NCBI RefSeq assembly: GCF_963921235.1
Contig: NC_086097.1
Span: forward strand, 81,036,001-81,100,000
Source of the DNA: Mobula hypostoma
Lineage: Eukaryota
Direction of reading: 5' to 3'
DNA: 64,000 bases
The notes under the pieces were generated by a model. It did not search any database, was not told the DNA's origin, and saw only the letters and a list, made by a program, of their open reading frames with translations. Shown piece by piece: positions 23,648 through 36,387 of this stretch. Position 1 is the first letter of the stretch. Each line of letters begins with the position of its first letter. The position numbers and the translations under genes were made by a program.

Positions 23648-26600
23648 CATCAGGAAATATTGAGGATGCTTGACCCAGGACATCAAGAGGCAAAGATGAT
23701 CTAACAGAAAGCGATAACTTTAATAATAAACTGCAAAATAATAAGCCATGAGGTGCCACAAAACAAGAGAGAACAGATACATGACACTGTAACAAGGTAC
23801 CTGAAGGCTAGGAGCAACTGGTTGAGGCTGGTTCATAGGAGTGAACAAGGACTATGAATGAGAACTGGATTTAAATAGGCTGCAGGTGATGCGTTGGAAA
23901 CGACTGGCAGCTGTTTCCTGTTAGTTGGGTGGAGACTGACAGGAAACAGCCCACCTTAGGGTGGGCCCCCACTGACCCATGGCAATCTGGTTGGGTTCAG
24001 TGGAACTCCTCGATGAGCAATGGATCCAAGACGTAACTGAACAGCACCTAAGAGCTCTTCTTCCCTGTCGACCCAGGTACTGCACACCCTGTCAATGCCA
24101 ACTTGAAACCATCATCCAGTGAACTGTGCCCACTGACCCATCTTCTACCATCCTTAGTTCTGGAGGTGCAGGCTCAGGTAGATTGAGTGGTTCACGGACA
24201 GCGGACTTGAGACAGGACACGTGGAAGGTAGGCATGATCCTCAGGGAAGGTGGCAGCTGGAGTCAATAAATGACAGGGTTGATGTGATGCATAATCTTAA
24301 GGGGACCAATGAACCAGCGCGAGAGCTTGCGGGAGTCGACGTGCAGGGTCAGATTTTGGGTGGAAATCCAGACAAAGTCCCCAAGATGGAATAGTCTGGC
24401 TGAGTGCCAACAGTGTTTAGCCTGGCGGCAATTGGCACAGTTGGCAGTTAGGATGCTATTCCAAGCTTTCTGAAATCAGCAAACCAGGGCTCTGGTGGAC
24501 AGGACCTCCGTCTTTGGCTCCTACACAGGGGACAACAGGGGATGGTAGCAAAGGGTGACATACCCGTGGCAGAGAAGGTATGTAGATTATGCCACAGTTC
24601 TGTCCAGAGCTGATCCTTCTCCCACGTGGAAGGGCTAGAACTGGCGAAGTATCACAGAAACTTCTCCACTTGCTGATTAGTCCTTTCTGATTGACTGTGG
24701 ACTGCAGATGCTAGGCAGAGGACAAGCTCACTGAAGTACGGAGGAGGGAGAAGGTGGCTTGGTAGAAGCAGGAGATGAATTGTGGGACTCAGTCCGACAG
24801 AATGTCTTGAGGGAAACCGTGGAGGCAAACAACATGCTGGAGAACCAGGTCTGCTGTCTCAATGTCTGATGGAAGCCTGGGGAAAACAATGAAGTGGGCC
24901 ACATTGGAAAACCAGTCTATCACTGTCGTGATCACTGAAGATTCTTCAGAAGGTGACAAACCCGTGACGTTTGGAAACCAGGCGGGACCACGGGAGCCCA
25001 GAGGGCCGCTGGTTGGAGGAACTGAACTGGGCACATTGAGGACCTGCAGTGGCAAATTGACATACAGTTGTGATCATGGTGGGCCCCAGAACCAATGTCC
25101 AGAATCCAGATGGCTATAGAGTGGTGAGTAGTGGGCACACTGGAGTGCGTCAGAGCGCACAGCTGCCTGTGGCCCTGGCATACATGTCAGATGTAGCCAC
25201 CTCAATTACAAAAGGTCAGGAGGGCTTTGGCTAGTGAAGAATGGGAGCAGTGGTGATGTGTCTTGAGCTTGTTGAAAGCCTGGTCCGTGCCAACGCACCA
25301 CGTTGTCTGTGGGTTAGGTGACTTGGTAAGGGAAGTGAGTGGGGTGGCTGATTTGGCTGTAGTTCCTGATGAACTGACAGCAGATGTTGGAGAAGGCCAG
25401 GAAGTGTTATAGTTGTTTGAGGGAGTGCAGTTGGGCCATTCAACAATAGCATACACTTTCTCTGGGTCCATTTTAACGTCTTGGGGGTGAAAGGACATAA
25501 CTCAGGAAAGAAATGACTGGTGTGTGGTACTGGCATTTTTCCAACATAGTACAGTTGGAGGAGACACTGAAGGACTGAACAGATGTGACAGATGTGCTCT
25601 TGGGTGTCCTTAGAAAAGATGAGGATTGTGTCGAGGTAGACGAACACACACGTGTAGCACATCTTGAAGGATGTCATTAATGAAGGTTTGGAAAACGGCT
25701 GGACTGTTGGAAAGTCAGAAAGGCATCACCAAGTATTCGTAGTGGCTAGTGGGTGAGTCTTCCACTCATGCCCCTAATGGATGCAGATCAGGTTGTAAGC
25801 TCTCTGCAGATCACATTTGGTGAAGATCTGGGCCTCACTGAGCATTTCAAATGTGCCATCCATCAAGGGCAGATGGTACCGGATCCTAATGGTGATTTTG
25901 TTGAGTCCATGTAGTTAATGTAGGGATGAAGACCCCCAACTGTCTACTTGACAAAGAAGCCTGCACCATCTGGGGACTAGGATGGTTGAATGAAGTCATG
26001 CTGTAGCACTTTGGCGATGTAGTCATTCACGGCTTGGATCTCAGGAGGGGAGAAGGAGTACAGACAATCCTGGGGAAGGTTGGTGCCCAGGAGGAGGTTG
26101 TTTTACTGAAAGTGAAGGCAAAGTTGCTGCATCTACAGGTTCCGTGAGTTTGGTGAGGAGTTGAGGGATTCCTCTGTACCCACAAATTTATGGGGTGAAG
26201 TCAGCTGAGGGTGCAGGCAAGTGGTCCAATAAGCGGGTCCCTAAATCAGCGGTAAACTGGATGACCAGTGATGTAAAGGTTGTGTGTGGAGAGCCAGGGG
26301 TAATCCAAATGAGAGAAATGTTGAGTGATTCGATGAGGAGAATTGGATGGACGCACGGCGCTCTCCATTTCTCATGTCCATAGGCTGTGTAAACGCCCTG
26401 ACCATCCCAGACCCTGAGGAACGTCCATCAATGGTCGTGATGCAGAAGAGGTGAGAGATAGGCTTGGTAAGAATTCTGAGTTGCACACTGAGTCCAGTCC
26501 AGAAAGTTGCCTGAATCCACCTGTGTGCGTAGAGCCGTTAAAATGTGGAGGAGGACAGAGAGAGCAAGTCGGGCAATGGTGCTGGAACGAAGGGCCAGGG

Positions 26601-27843
26601 GGATGGGCGGAGTATGGAAGGCCCCTTATCTCTATCATCTCTACCTAGTGGTACCATTTATGCAGACACAAGACGTATTTGATACGTGGGGGATCAGCAG
26701 CTCTGCAGTAAGCACACAAGTGCTTCTCCACCAACACTCATGAGGAGTTTAAGAGAGATTTCCCTAACTGCCGAGTTCTGAAGGCAATGGTGTTGAGGGT
26801 CCTGCAGCCTGAAATGGTTCTGGAAACTAAACTGGCATTCTGGCTGATGATCTGGAGGGTCGTTCCGTGAGACACCTGTCTATTCAGAGGCCCAGGGTGA
26901 TGAGGCTTTTGAGGTCAGTGGGCAACTCCTGAGTAAACAGCTTGACTTTCACAATGGTACTGGCCAGCAACACTTCGGCATTTCTGCTGTGGGGGTCCTA
27001 AATTCATGGTGTAATCCAACAACTGAGCATGAGCCTTGATGCAGGCGAAGTAGCCAATCTGCTGCCCCTCTTCCACTTCCTAGATGGTTGAAAACCAGGT
27101 GCATCTCAGCCATAAAATCTTCCTATTGGTTACAAAAGAGGGCATTATTGTCCCAGTTAGCTCACTGATAGAAGGTCAGAGGCAGCCCAGATAGAGCTCA
27201 CCCACACAGTAGACGGATGGCAAAGGCAATTTTGCCTGCGTCCGTAGAATGCAGTGATGGTTTCAGCTCGGAATTTAAGATGCACTAGGACAGAAAGTTG
27301 CAGCATCCGGCTGGGGATCTATTGAAGCATTAGAATCTGGTGCTCCGAAGGAGGAGGTTGACTGAGGTGTGGTTGCTGTATTGAGACAATGGGTTGATTG
27401 AGAGTTGTGAACAGATGGCCAATGGTTTCCTGTTGCTTTTGGATCGTGTGCTCCTGTCAACAGACAACTTCCATTTGGCAAGCAAACTCTATAGGCTCAG
27501 TCGCTGGTTTACTCATCCTGTCAGGAAGCGTACAGGAGGCTTGACCCAAACAGAGCAGCTGAGACCCTCCAGCAGTGAGCGAAAACTGTGATAATAAACT
27601 GCAAAAGAACAAGCCACGAGGGGCCACAAAACAAGAGGGAACCAATACATAACAAGACAAGGCAACAGAATAACTGATGGCTAGGAGCAACTGATTGAGG
27701 CTGGCTGGCTCGTATGAGTGAATAAGGTTTGTGGATGAGAGCTGGGTTTATATAGGCTGCAGCTGAGGGGTTGGAAATGAGTAGCAGATGATTCCTGTTA
27801 GCTGGGTGGAGACTGGGATGTGCCTGGCTGTGCATGCTTGACA
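23648..27843 (-). mobile_element. Decayed Ty3/Gypsy chromovirus (Tf1/sushi-like) with both LTRs
   Basis: Homologous LTRs at 23648-23941 and 27519-27843 (TGTCA...TGACA). RT remnant VFVYLDTILIFS, integrase remnant VIDWFSNVAHFI.FPRLPS..ETADLVLQHV..LHGFPQDILSD, chromodomain-like end LDPLLIEEFH near 24001-24030. Imperfect TSD (T/G)TTGA. Many frameshifts and stops. Confidence 0.9.
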
Positions 27844-28462
27844 GTTGACATACAGCGTGAAAAGAAATGGCCACAATACTGATGCCTGCACAGCATCACT
27901 AGTCACCAACAGCCAACCAGAATAGGCCCTCTTTATTCCCACCCTTTGCCTCCTGCCAGTTAGCTAATCTTCTATCCATGCTAGCATCTATCTTGTAATA
28001 ACATGGGCTCTTACCTTGTTCAGCAGCCTCATGTCCGGCACCTTGTCTTCAAACAAACATCCACCGACTCTCCTTTGTCTATCCTGCCTGTTAATGACCT
28101 CAAAGAATTCCAACAGATTTATCAGGTACAATATTTCCCCTTCAGGAAACCGTGCTAACTTTGGCCTACTTTATCATGCACCCCCCTACCCCCCAAGTAC
28201 CCCAAAACCTCATCCTTAATGATGGACTCCAACATCATCCCAACCACTAAAGTCAGGCTAACTGGCTTATATTTTCCTTTCTTCTGCCTCCCTCCCTTTT
28301 TAAAGAATGGAGTGACATTTGCAATTTTCTACTCCTCTGCAGCCTTTCCAGAACCTAATGATTCTTGAAAGCTCATTACTAATGCCTCCACAATCTCTTC
28401 TGTTACCTCTTACAACCCTGGGGTGTAGTCCATCTGGTCCAGGTGTCTAATCTATATTCAGA
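27844..28462 (-). mobile_element. CR1 LINE, 5' continuation of the copy split by the chromovirus
   Basis: VTSDAVQASVLWPFLFTLYVN (decayed [13 protein letters not shown]) joins the sequence ending at 23647. Confidence 0.82.
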
Positions 28463-29681
28463 CATTGAGGTACCCTGAAATCCACCATCTCACTGGAGGA
28501 GCATTCTACTGCCTCCACTTGTTATACTCCTAACTTCTCAAGCTTAATTTCTAGCCTGTGCCTGTTCTCATCAAAGCCTGGCCAGTCGAACACTGCCCAC
28601 TCCAACAATGGCTGCTCCCACGATGACTGCTCTTCTTGAACCTAACTTCTTTTTACTGGCCCTCGCTGTGTTAGTATTATTATCATTCCACAATATCCTG
28701 CTCTGCAGCCAAGTCCTAACACGTCTCGCTTGCTTTTTAAAACTGTCACGTAAGATCCACAAGGAACTGTCTCCAGCTCACTGTACAATATACCTCTCTG
28801 CAGGCAAGTCCTGACATGTACTATAAAGCTTGCTAGCCAATAGTGGTTACCAAACATTTTTTAAGATATACTGTATATTTCCTTGTAAACGGAACAGTAT
28901 TTAATCTGAGATCTCTTTGACTGGATGCTTCTAATGTTTGTGTATTTGCATAACTTTAACAATATTATCATAAACAAGTCCAGTTTGAAACAGACTTCTG
29001 TATCCTTTAGGTTCCTGCAGTCATCTAACACCAGAAAGGGGCTCTTTGGATCACCGAGTGTGTACTGATTTCAAGCGCACATTTCACCAAAATCACTTTT
29101 GTTCTCCCCACGTTCTCAAAAATTCCCTCTAGATTCCATTACTCATTTACCCAAAAGGGATGCACAGTGGCCAAATAACTTCTAACCTATATGTCCTTGG
29201 GAAACTCACAGTCAATAATTTGAACATACCACACCGACTGTACTGGAGATCAGAAGTGAATCCAAGCGAGCGAAGCAGCGAGGCAGCAGCTCTGCAAACT
29301 GCACCAATGTATACTTTGAGTCATTCAGAAATGAAGAACTATCTTTAACAAACGCTCGATGATTAAGGGGAAATAATATAAGAAGAACTTTCTATAATGA
29401 AACCAGATCTCTTAGAAAAGACTGGAAGGACTGGCATTCACACCTAAAACAATAAAGGATATTTCCTCTTTCATGTAGAAGTGGAATTAAAATCCAGAAT
29501 TATGTGGCTGCCACAAACAAGTGCAAAAGGAATTCAGAAGAGTTATTTTTCCTAGAGACTGTTTAGAACATAATACTTACAACATGCAACAGGAATTCTG
29601 CAGATGCTGGAAATTCAAGCAACACACATCAAAGTTGCTGGTGAACGCAGCAGGCCAGGCAGCATCTGTAGGAAGAGGTAC

Positions 29682-29717
29682 AGTCGACGTTTCAGGCCGA
29701 GACCCTTCGTCAGGACT
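29682..29717 (-). ncRNA. Minimal type-I hammerhead ribozyme, core intact
   Basis: AGUC-CUGACGA-AGGGUCUCGGCCU-GAAA-CG-UC-GACU: stem I AGUC/GACU, both core boxes, stem II, palindromic ACGU in place of stem III, GUC cleavage triplet. Confidence 0.75.
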
Positions 29718-30634
29718 AACTGAAGGAAGAGTGAGTAAGGGATTTGAAAGTTGGAGGGGGAGGGGGAGATCCAAAATGATAGGAGAAGACAGGAGGGGGA
29801 GGGATAGAGCCGAGAGCTGGACAGGTGATAGGCAAAAGGGATACGAGAGGATCATGGGACAGGAGGTCCAGGAAGAAAGTCAAGGGGGGGGGACCCAGAG
29901 GATGGGCAAGAGGTACATTCAGAGGGACAGAGGGAGAAAAAGGAGAGTGAGAGAAAGAATGTGTGCATAAAATAAGTAACAGATGGGGTACGAGGGGGAG
30001 GTGGGGCCTTAGCGGAAGTTAGAGAAGTCAATGTTCATGCCATCAGGCTGGAGGCTACCCAGACGGAATATAAGGTGTTGTTCCTCCAACCAGAGTGTGG
30101 CTTCATCTTTACAGTAGAGGAGGCCGTGGATAGGCATGTCAGAATGGGAATGGGATGTGGAATTAAGACGTGTGGCCACTGGGAGATACTGCTTTCTCTG
30201 GCGGACAGAGCATAGATGTTCAGCAAAGCGCTCTCCCAGTCTGCGTCGGGTCTCGCCAATATATAAAAGGCCACATCGGGAGCACCGGACGCAATATATC
30301 ACCCCAGTCGACTCACAGGTGAAGTGTTGCCTCACCTGGAAGGACTGTTTGGGGCCCTGAATGGTGGTAAGGGAGGAAGTGTAAGGGCATGTGTAGCACT
30401 TGTTCCGCTTACACGGATAAGTGCCAGGAGGGAGATCAGTGGGGAGGGATGGGAGGGGCGAATGGGCAAGGGAGTTGCGTAGGGAGCGATCCCTGCGGAA
30501 TGCGGGGGGGTGGAGGGAAAGATGTGCTTAGTGGTGGGATCCCGTTGGAGGTGGCGGAAGTTACGGAGAATAATATGTTGGACCCAGAGGCTGGTGGGGT
30601 GGTAGGTGAGGACCAGGGGAACCCTATTCCTAGT

Positions 30635-31937
30635 AGCTTCTTTTTGGATTCCAGACCTAATCAGTTCCCCTCTACCACCACTCTGCTCCGTCTAGTGGAA
30701 TTAGTCCTTACTCTTAATAATTTCTCCTTTGGCTCCTCCCACTTCCTCCAAACTAAAGGTGTAGCTATGGGCACCCGTATGGGTCCTAGCTATGCCTGCC
30801 TTTTTTGTTGGGTTTGTGGAACAATCTATGTTCCGTGCCTATTCTGGTATCTGTCCCCCACTTTTCCTTCGCTACATCGACGACTGCATTGGCGCTGCTT
30901 CCTGCACTCATGCAGAACTCGTTGACTTTATTAACTTTGCCTCCAACTTTCACCCTGCCCTCAAGTTTACCTGGTCCATTTCCGACACCTCCCTCCCCTT
31001 TCTAGATCTTTCTGTCTCTGTCTCTGGAGACAGCTTATCCACTGATGTCTACTATAAGCCTACTGACTCTCACAGCTATCTGGACTATTCCTCTTCTCAC
31101 CCTGTCTCTTGCAAAAACGCCATCCCCTTCTCGCAATTCCTCCGTCTCCGCCGCATCTGCTCTCAGGATGAGGCTTTTCATTCTAGGACGAGGAAGATGT
31201 CTTCCTTTTTTAAAGAAATGGGCTTCCCTTCCTCCACTATCAACTCTGCTCTTAAACGCATCTCCCCCATTTCACGTACATCTGCTCTCACTCCATCCTC
31301 CCGCCACCCCACTAGGAATAGGGTTCCCCTGGTCCTCACCTACCACCCCACCAGCCTCCGGGTCCAACATATTATTCTCCGTAACTTCCACCACCTCCAA
31401 CGGGATCCCACCACTAAGCACATCTTTCCCTCCACCCCTTCTGCATTCCGCAGGGATCGCTCCCTACGCAACTCCTTTGTCCATTCGTCCCTCCCATCCC
31501 TCCCCACTGATCTCCCTCCTGGCACTTATCCGTGTAAGCGGAACAAGTGCTACATATGCCCTTACACTTCCTCCCTTACCACCATTCAGGGCCCCAAACA
31601 GTCCTTCCAGGTGAGGCAACACTTCACCTGTGAGTCGACTGGGGTGATATACTGCGTCCGGTGCTCCCGATGTGGCCTTTTATATATTGGCGAGACCCGA
31701 CGCAGACTGGGAGAGCGCTTTGCTGAACATCTACGCTCTGTCTGCCAGAGAAAGCAGGATCTCCCAGTGGCCACACATCTTAATTCCACATCCCATTCCC
31801 ATTCTGACATGTCTATCCACGGCCTCCTCTACTGTAAAGATGAAGCCACACTCTGGTTGGAGGAACAACACCTTATATTCCGTCTGGGTAGCCTCCAGCC
31901 TGATGGCATGAACATTGACTTCTCTAACTTCCGCTAA
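30635..31937 (+). pseudogene. Truncated Penelope RT/GIY-YIG ORF with one frameshift
   Basis: ORF 30389-30925 (..LTLNNFSF...GVAMGTRMGPSYACLF) shifts into ORF 30792-31937 through an extra T in the T6 run at 30801-30806. Confidence 0.88.
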
Positions 31938-32227
31938 GGCCCCACCTCCCCCTCGTACCCCATCTGTTACTTATTTTATGCACACATTCTTTCACTCACT
32001 CTCCTTTTTCTCCCTCTGTCCCTCTGAATGTACCTCTTGCCCATCCTCTGGGTCCCCCCCCTTGACTTTCTTCCCGGACCTCCTGTCCCATGATCCTCTC
32101 GTATCCCTTTTGCCTATCACCTGTCCAGCTCTCGGCTCTATCCCTCCCCCTCCTGTCTTCTCCTAGCATTTTGGATCTCCCCCTCCCCCTCCAACTTTCA
32201 AATCCCTTACTCACTCTTCCTTCAGTT

Positions 32228-32263
32228 AGTCCTGACAAAGGGTCTCAGCCTGAAACGTCGACT
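32228..32263 (+). ncRNA. Hammerhead ribozyme copy with core mutation (CUGACAA), probably inactive
   Basis: AGTC-CTGACAA-AGGGTCTCAGCCT-GAAA-CGTC-GACT. Confidence 0.65.
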
Positions 32264-32332
32264 GCACCTCTTCCTACAGATGCTGCCTGGCCTGCTGCGT
32301 TCACTTACAACATACGTAGGTTCTATCACATA

Positions 32333-34080
32333 CAGTGGCGATGCTGAGGAGCTGCCCAGCAGAAATTACAATAGCATCACCAAGAAATTAACTGAAATTT
32401 GACATACAAATTGCAGCTGCTTTTTCAGTATAGGTTTGAATACAGCTTGATTCTCCAGTTGATCTAGTGAAACAGCACTCCCAATTACCATAGCACCCAC
32501 ACAGCAATAAAGTTATAAACTCTGTACTGGTCTAAGGTCAGATCCACTCCACACTTCTGCTTATTTGCTCGTTGTCAATGTCTTGCCGTTGCTGTGCTCG
32601 GATCAGTTAAGCTGATCTAAGATCAGTTAAGGTGGTGATGTCACTCACTCTCACTCATGCGAGAGATTGATAGTATACATACATTGTGCAGGATCCAGGC
32701 GCAGATCCATGGTCTCACGAGACTAATAGATGCCACACGCACACATTGTGCTTTTACAAGCTAGCGTGGGCCTGGCACGTGCATTATTTTGGCTGGCGTG
32801 AAAAATGGATCGATTTTTAGTGAGAAAACGACCTCATCCAGAGGAATCAGTGGTGTCTCAGCCTGAACCTGTCTTAATTGAAAGTGACATGCAGAAAGAA
32901 GCAAGTGGGGATGAGGACGACAGCAGTTCATCGAAGGAGTGTGAGAGCGAAGTAGAGGAACAAGAAATGGAGTGGGATTCAGAAAAGAATCTGGATGAAG
33001 CTGCTCTTAGTGCTAGTGGGAATACTGTTAGTGATGTTATCCAGCAGCCTGAGGAAGGACTCCATCGGCCAGCATTGAAAAAATACCCTTTGCAACAGTT
33101 TGGCAATCAGCAAAGGAGTTTTATTCGTGGCTGGTTTGACCTGTACTCCTGGCTGGAATATTCGATCACGAAAGATACTACGTTCTGCTTCGCATGCAGG
33201 CATTTCCTGTGTGCCGGACATGGGTTCCATTCTGAGTCTACATTCACTATCACCGGTTACCACAACTGGCGGAAAGCTACAACAACTTTCAAAATCCACC
33301 GTGTAAGTGCAGCTCAGAAGTTTGCTATGGACACATGGGCCGAATTCAGATTGAGAAAACAAGACAGATCGAGATTGGGAAATATGCTTGATAAAGGACA
33401 TGCAAAGATTGTCCAAGAAAATTGTGAGTATATGAGAGCAGTGGTTGACTCTCTACACTATACTGCATGCCAAGGCATTGCCCAGCGAGGACACCGGGAG
33501 GATGATGGATCTGGCAATAGGGGAAACTTTGTGGAGTTGCTCAGTGTAATTGGGCAGTTTGATAAGACTGTAGCTAAAAAAAAAATAGAGGACAATCCTG
33601 GAAATACCGAAAATACCCATCACAATATCCAAAATGAAATTATGGCTATTATGGCAGATATGGTCAGATGTCAAGTGAGTACAGAAATCAAGGAGGCTGC
33701 ACATTTTGCCATCATGGTGGATGAAAGTAAAGACTTGAGTAAAAAGGAGCAAATATCAGTGGTGGTGCGTGATTCACGTTGTGCGCTGTGGGTCGGATGC
33801 TCTTCTGGTTTGTTTGTTTATGCTCTGTGTAGCCCGGATTGTCTCCAAAGTTGTGGACACTGTCACAGTTCACTTCTATATTATATTTATCAATTGCTGT
33901 TGCTTGTGAATCAACAGAGGCATTTATAGTAGGCACATAATGCTTGAAACTGACTTTTGAACACCACGCATCTGGCCTTGCGAATACATATTACCAAACA
34001 GTACATCCCTCAGAACCATCACCGAATATATTCAGCCCCACTGTAGCACCAGCAAGAAAAAATCTCTGGTGCCGCCACTG
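32333..34080 (+). mobile_element. Internally deleted hAT DNA transposon (ZMYM1-like, TTF zinc finger + DUF4371-type transposase)
   Basis: TIRs CAGTGGCG / CGCCACTG, extending to about 14 bp if CpG decay is allowed. ORF 32805-33929 has RSF...WF..YSWLEYS...FCFACRHF, RGHRED....RGNFVELL and FAIMVDESKDLSKKEQISVVVR, then loses similarity near 33770. Confidence 0.88.
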
Positions 34081-36387
34081 CATAGCAAAGATACATTCAA
34101 AACAAGTCATCAAAAGTACAGGAAAGGAAAACAAATCACGCTTATGGGTTTTAACTTAAGGCAGACAATATTGTGTGCACTGTCCTCGACTTTTGTTGTT
34201 GACGTGACCCTTGTGAGCAATTTTGACAAGTGCAGATCTAAAATCCTTGATGGGCCCTGAAATTAGTAGCAATAAAACAAATTATTTTTATATGGTTTTA
34301 AGTACAAGAGTTTTGTCTTTAATACTATAGATAGTTGACTTTTTAATAATAATATTTTTAATCAGTCCTGGCATTGGGACTGACCCTTATAAAGGACGTT
34401 CTTCATTAATTGGACTGGTATGCTCAAGGGATGTGGTCAAAATCTTCTGAGCAAGAGGCTTAAGCTGACCCAAAAGGTTGATGTATTTAAGATCTACTTC
34501 ATCCCTTGACTTTATTATTCCTCAGTTTTAAATGAAGCGTGACAAAATAAATTTGTAGATGACCTGTAAAGAAATATCTACAATTTCTGAATTTTATTAC
34601 TGATGGATTGCTAAACTCTAGCTTTAGGGATTGTGGTATGGCAGTACTCAAACTGGAAACTTAGATCACACTTGCCATAATTAAGAAATATACTGATTTT
34701 AAAAAAGGCAGAGGTTTTAAAAAGATTACATCAAAAAGGATGGGAAAAGTTTCAACTGAGCATGAACACCAGTGTGGCGGATCCTGCTTGTCTGAATGGC
34801 AACAGTGAATACTTCAAAAGAAATACATCTCAGAAGCAGTACAATGCAAATATTCTAGTACATTGCCCATTTATTCCAAGAAAGGGGTCATGTTTCCACC
34901 TGGAGGTGTTTGTGGAACAAGGATTTGATAATGCAACTTTTCCTCTCCCTCAAAAATGCTTTGTGTCTCTTTTGTCACACAAATAAAATATCCAGACAAT
35001 GGATTTATATATTTTTATTATTAGTGCCTTTGGGCTACCCTTGTGTCAAGAAACAATGAATATAATGCTCTTCAGCCAGTCTTCTTTGTCCAAACAAATA
35101 TCAGCAACTTTAAATGATGGGCACCTCCCTTCCGCTAAAATTTTAAATCCTGAGAGTCTGTCATTTTATCCAAAATGCTCATAGTTGATGTTTTATACAA
35201 TTCTTTTGAATACTTCTCACCTCCAAACCCCATACATATTTTCAACTGTTTCCATTTGGACAGTAATACCTAAAGGCTTAGAGAGCACGTTACCAAGGAA
35301 TCCTTAGACTTAATAATCACCAACAACTCAACTTCACTCGTGCAGTAATGCCACTCAAGTTTTGGGTTGACAAAACTTTGATAACAAAATATAACTTGCA
35401 GCATTGCTCTACTCCATCTTTCACTCAATCTTGAGATAAACAGCTTCATTTTTCAGTTTGGATCTGTAGCAAAAAGTGTGCTTAATAGGACTGATAACAG
35501 TCCTGGAAGCTGTTCACTTTTCTTTAACATGTCAGCAATGTTCCTTGATTAGGTGTTTGTCTCTGAAAGGTGGCTTGATATTCTGGTGGTTAATTTAAGA
35601 AGAATACCCAATGAGTTATCATGGATCAACACAAACTTGACAGAAGCCAATGGTCATCTGCACCATTGCCTAGGACCTGACCTTAAAATGTCACTTGCAC
35701 ATGAGGAACTACTGAAAATTTTTTGTCTACTCCATATATTGATGTGTATCAATAAGACTGCAAGTCATTTGGATAAAAACAATGCTTCCACTGAAGTAAA
35801 ACAGAGACTGAATAAATTACTCTTGCTTCTACATATGATCTGATATCCACTGGCAAAGTATTCCTAGTTGAGGAAATTCATATATTATTGGATTGGTTGA
35901 AACTTTTCATTCCTATGTCACTATTTGCCATTTTTGTTATTTGCTTCGACACAAAGTTTGTGCTATGCACTGACATGTGCATCTTCTCTGCACCAGCTTA
36001 TGAATTTCACATCATTACCTAATTCCATGTGTTTTGTTTTCTCCTTTATCACTTGTTGTGATAGATATTCACTGTCCTGGGCCTGGGTGCTTCTTGTTTT
36101 TTCTTGCCAACCTCAGCCTTTTAAACACTAGCAGATGACATTTCTAAAAATGAAAGAATTGTTTTTGAATAAATTAAAATTCCATCTGATATTTTTTATT
36201 TAGCTTCTGGTCATAAATGGGAGCCAGTCTTCAGTTCTTCATGTAAATGGCAAGCAGTAATCAGTTTGAAGTTAAAAAGATAGTTTTGCAAACAAGAGTA
36301 GTCTATAGAGCCACAGACTTGTTGGTCCTACAACACCTGGTCTAACTACTAAAGAGGTGCATTGTAAGTCAATGGGTTATTTAATTT

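Larger units (their letters stand above)
29586..32302 (+). mobile_element. Penelope-like retroelement (Neptune type), 5'-truncated, with a 1-kb inverted copy of its 3' end
   Basis: RT motifs GVAMGTRMGPSYA and RYIDD, linker CKRNKCYIC, GIY-YIG GVIY...LYIGET. 29641-30634 is the reverse complement of 31311-32304. TSD ACTTACAACAT at 29575-29585 and 32303-32313. Confidence 0.95.

Noticed and set aside
32805..33929. Host ZMYM1/THAP12-like gene
   Set aside because: Enclosed by TIRs, intronless and truncated inside the catalytic domain; better explained as a hAT transposon.
35330..35870. Possible ancient pogo/Tigger transposase remnant
   Set aside because: Only faint motif resemblance, no TIRs and no convincing frame; cannot be supported without a profile search.
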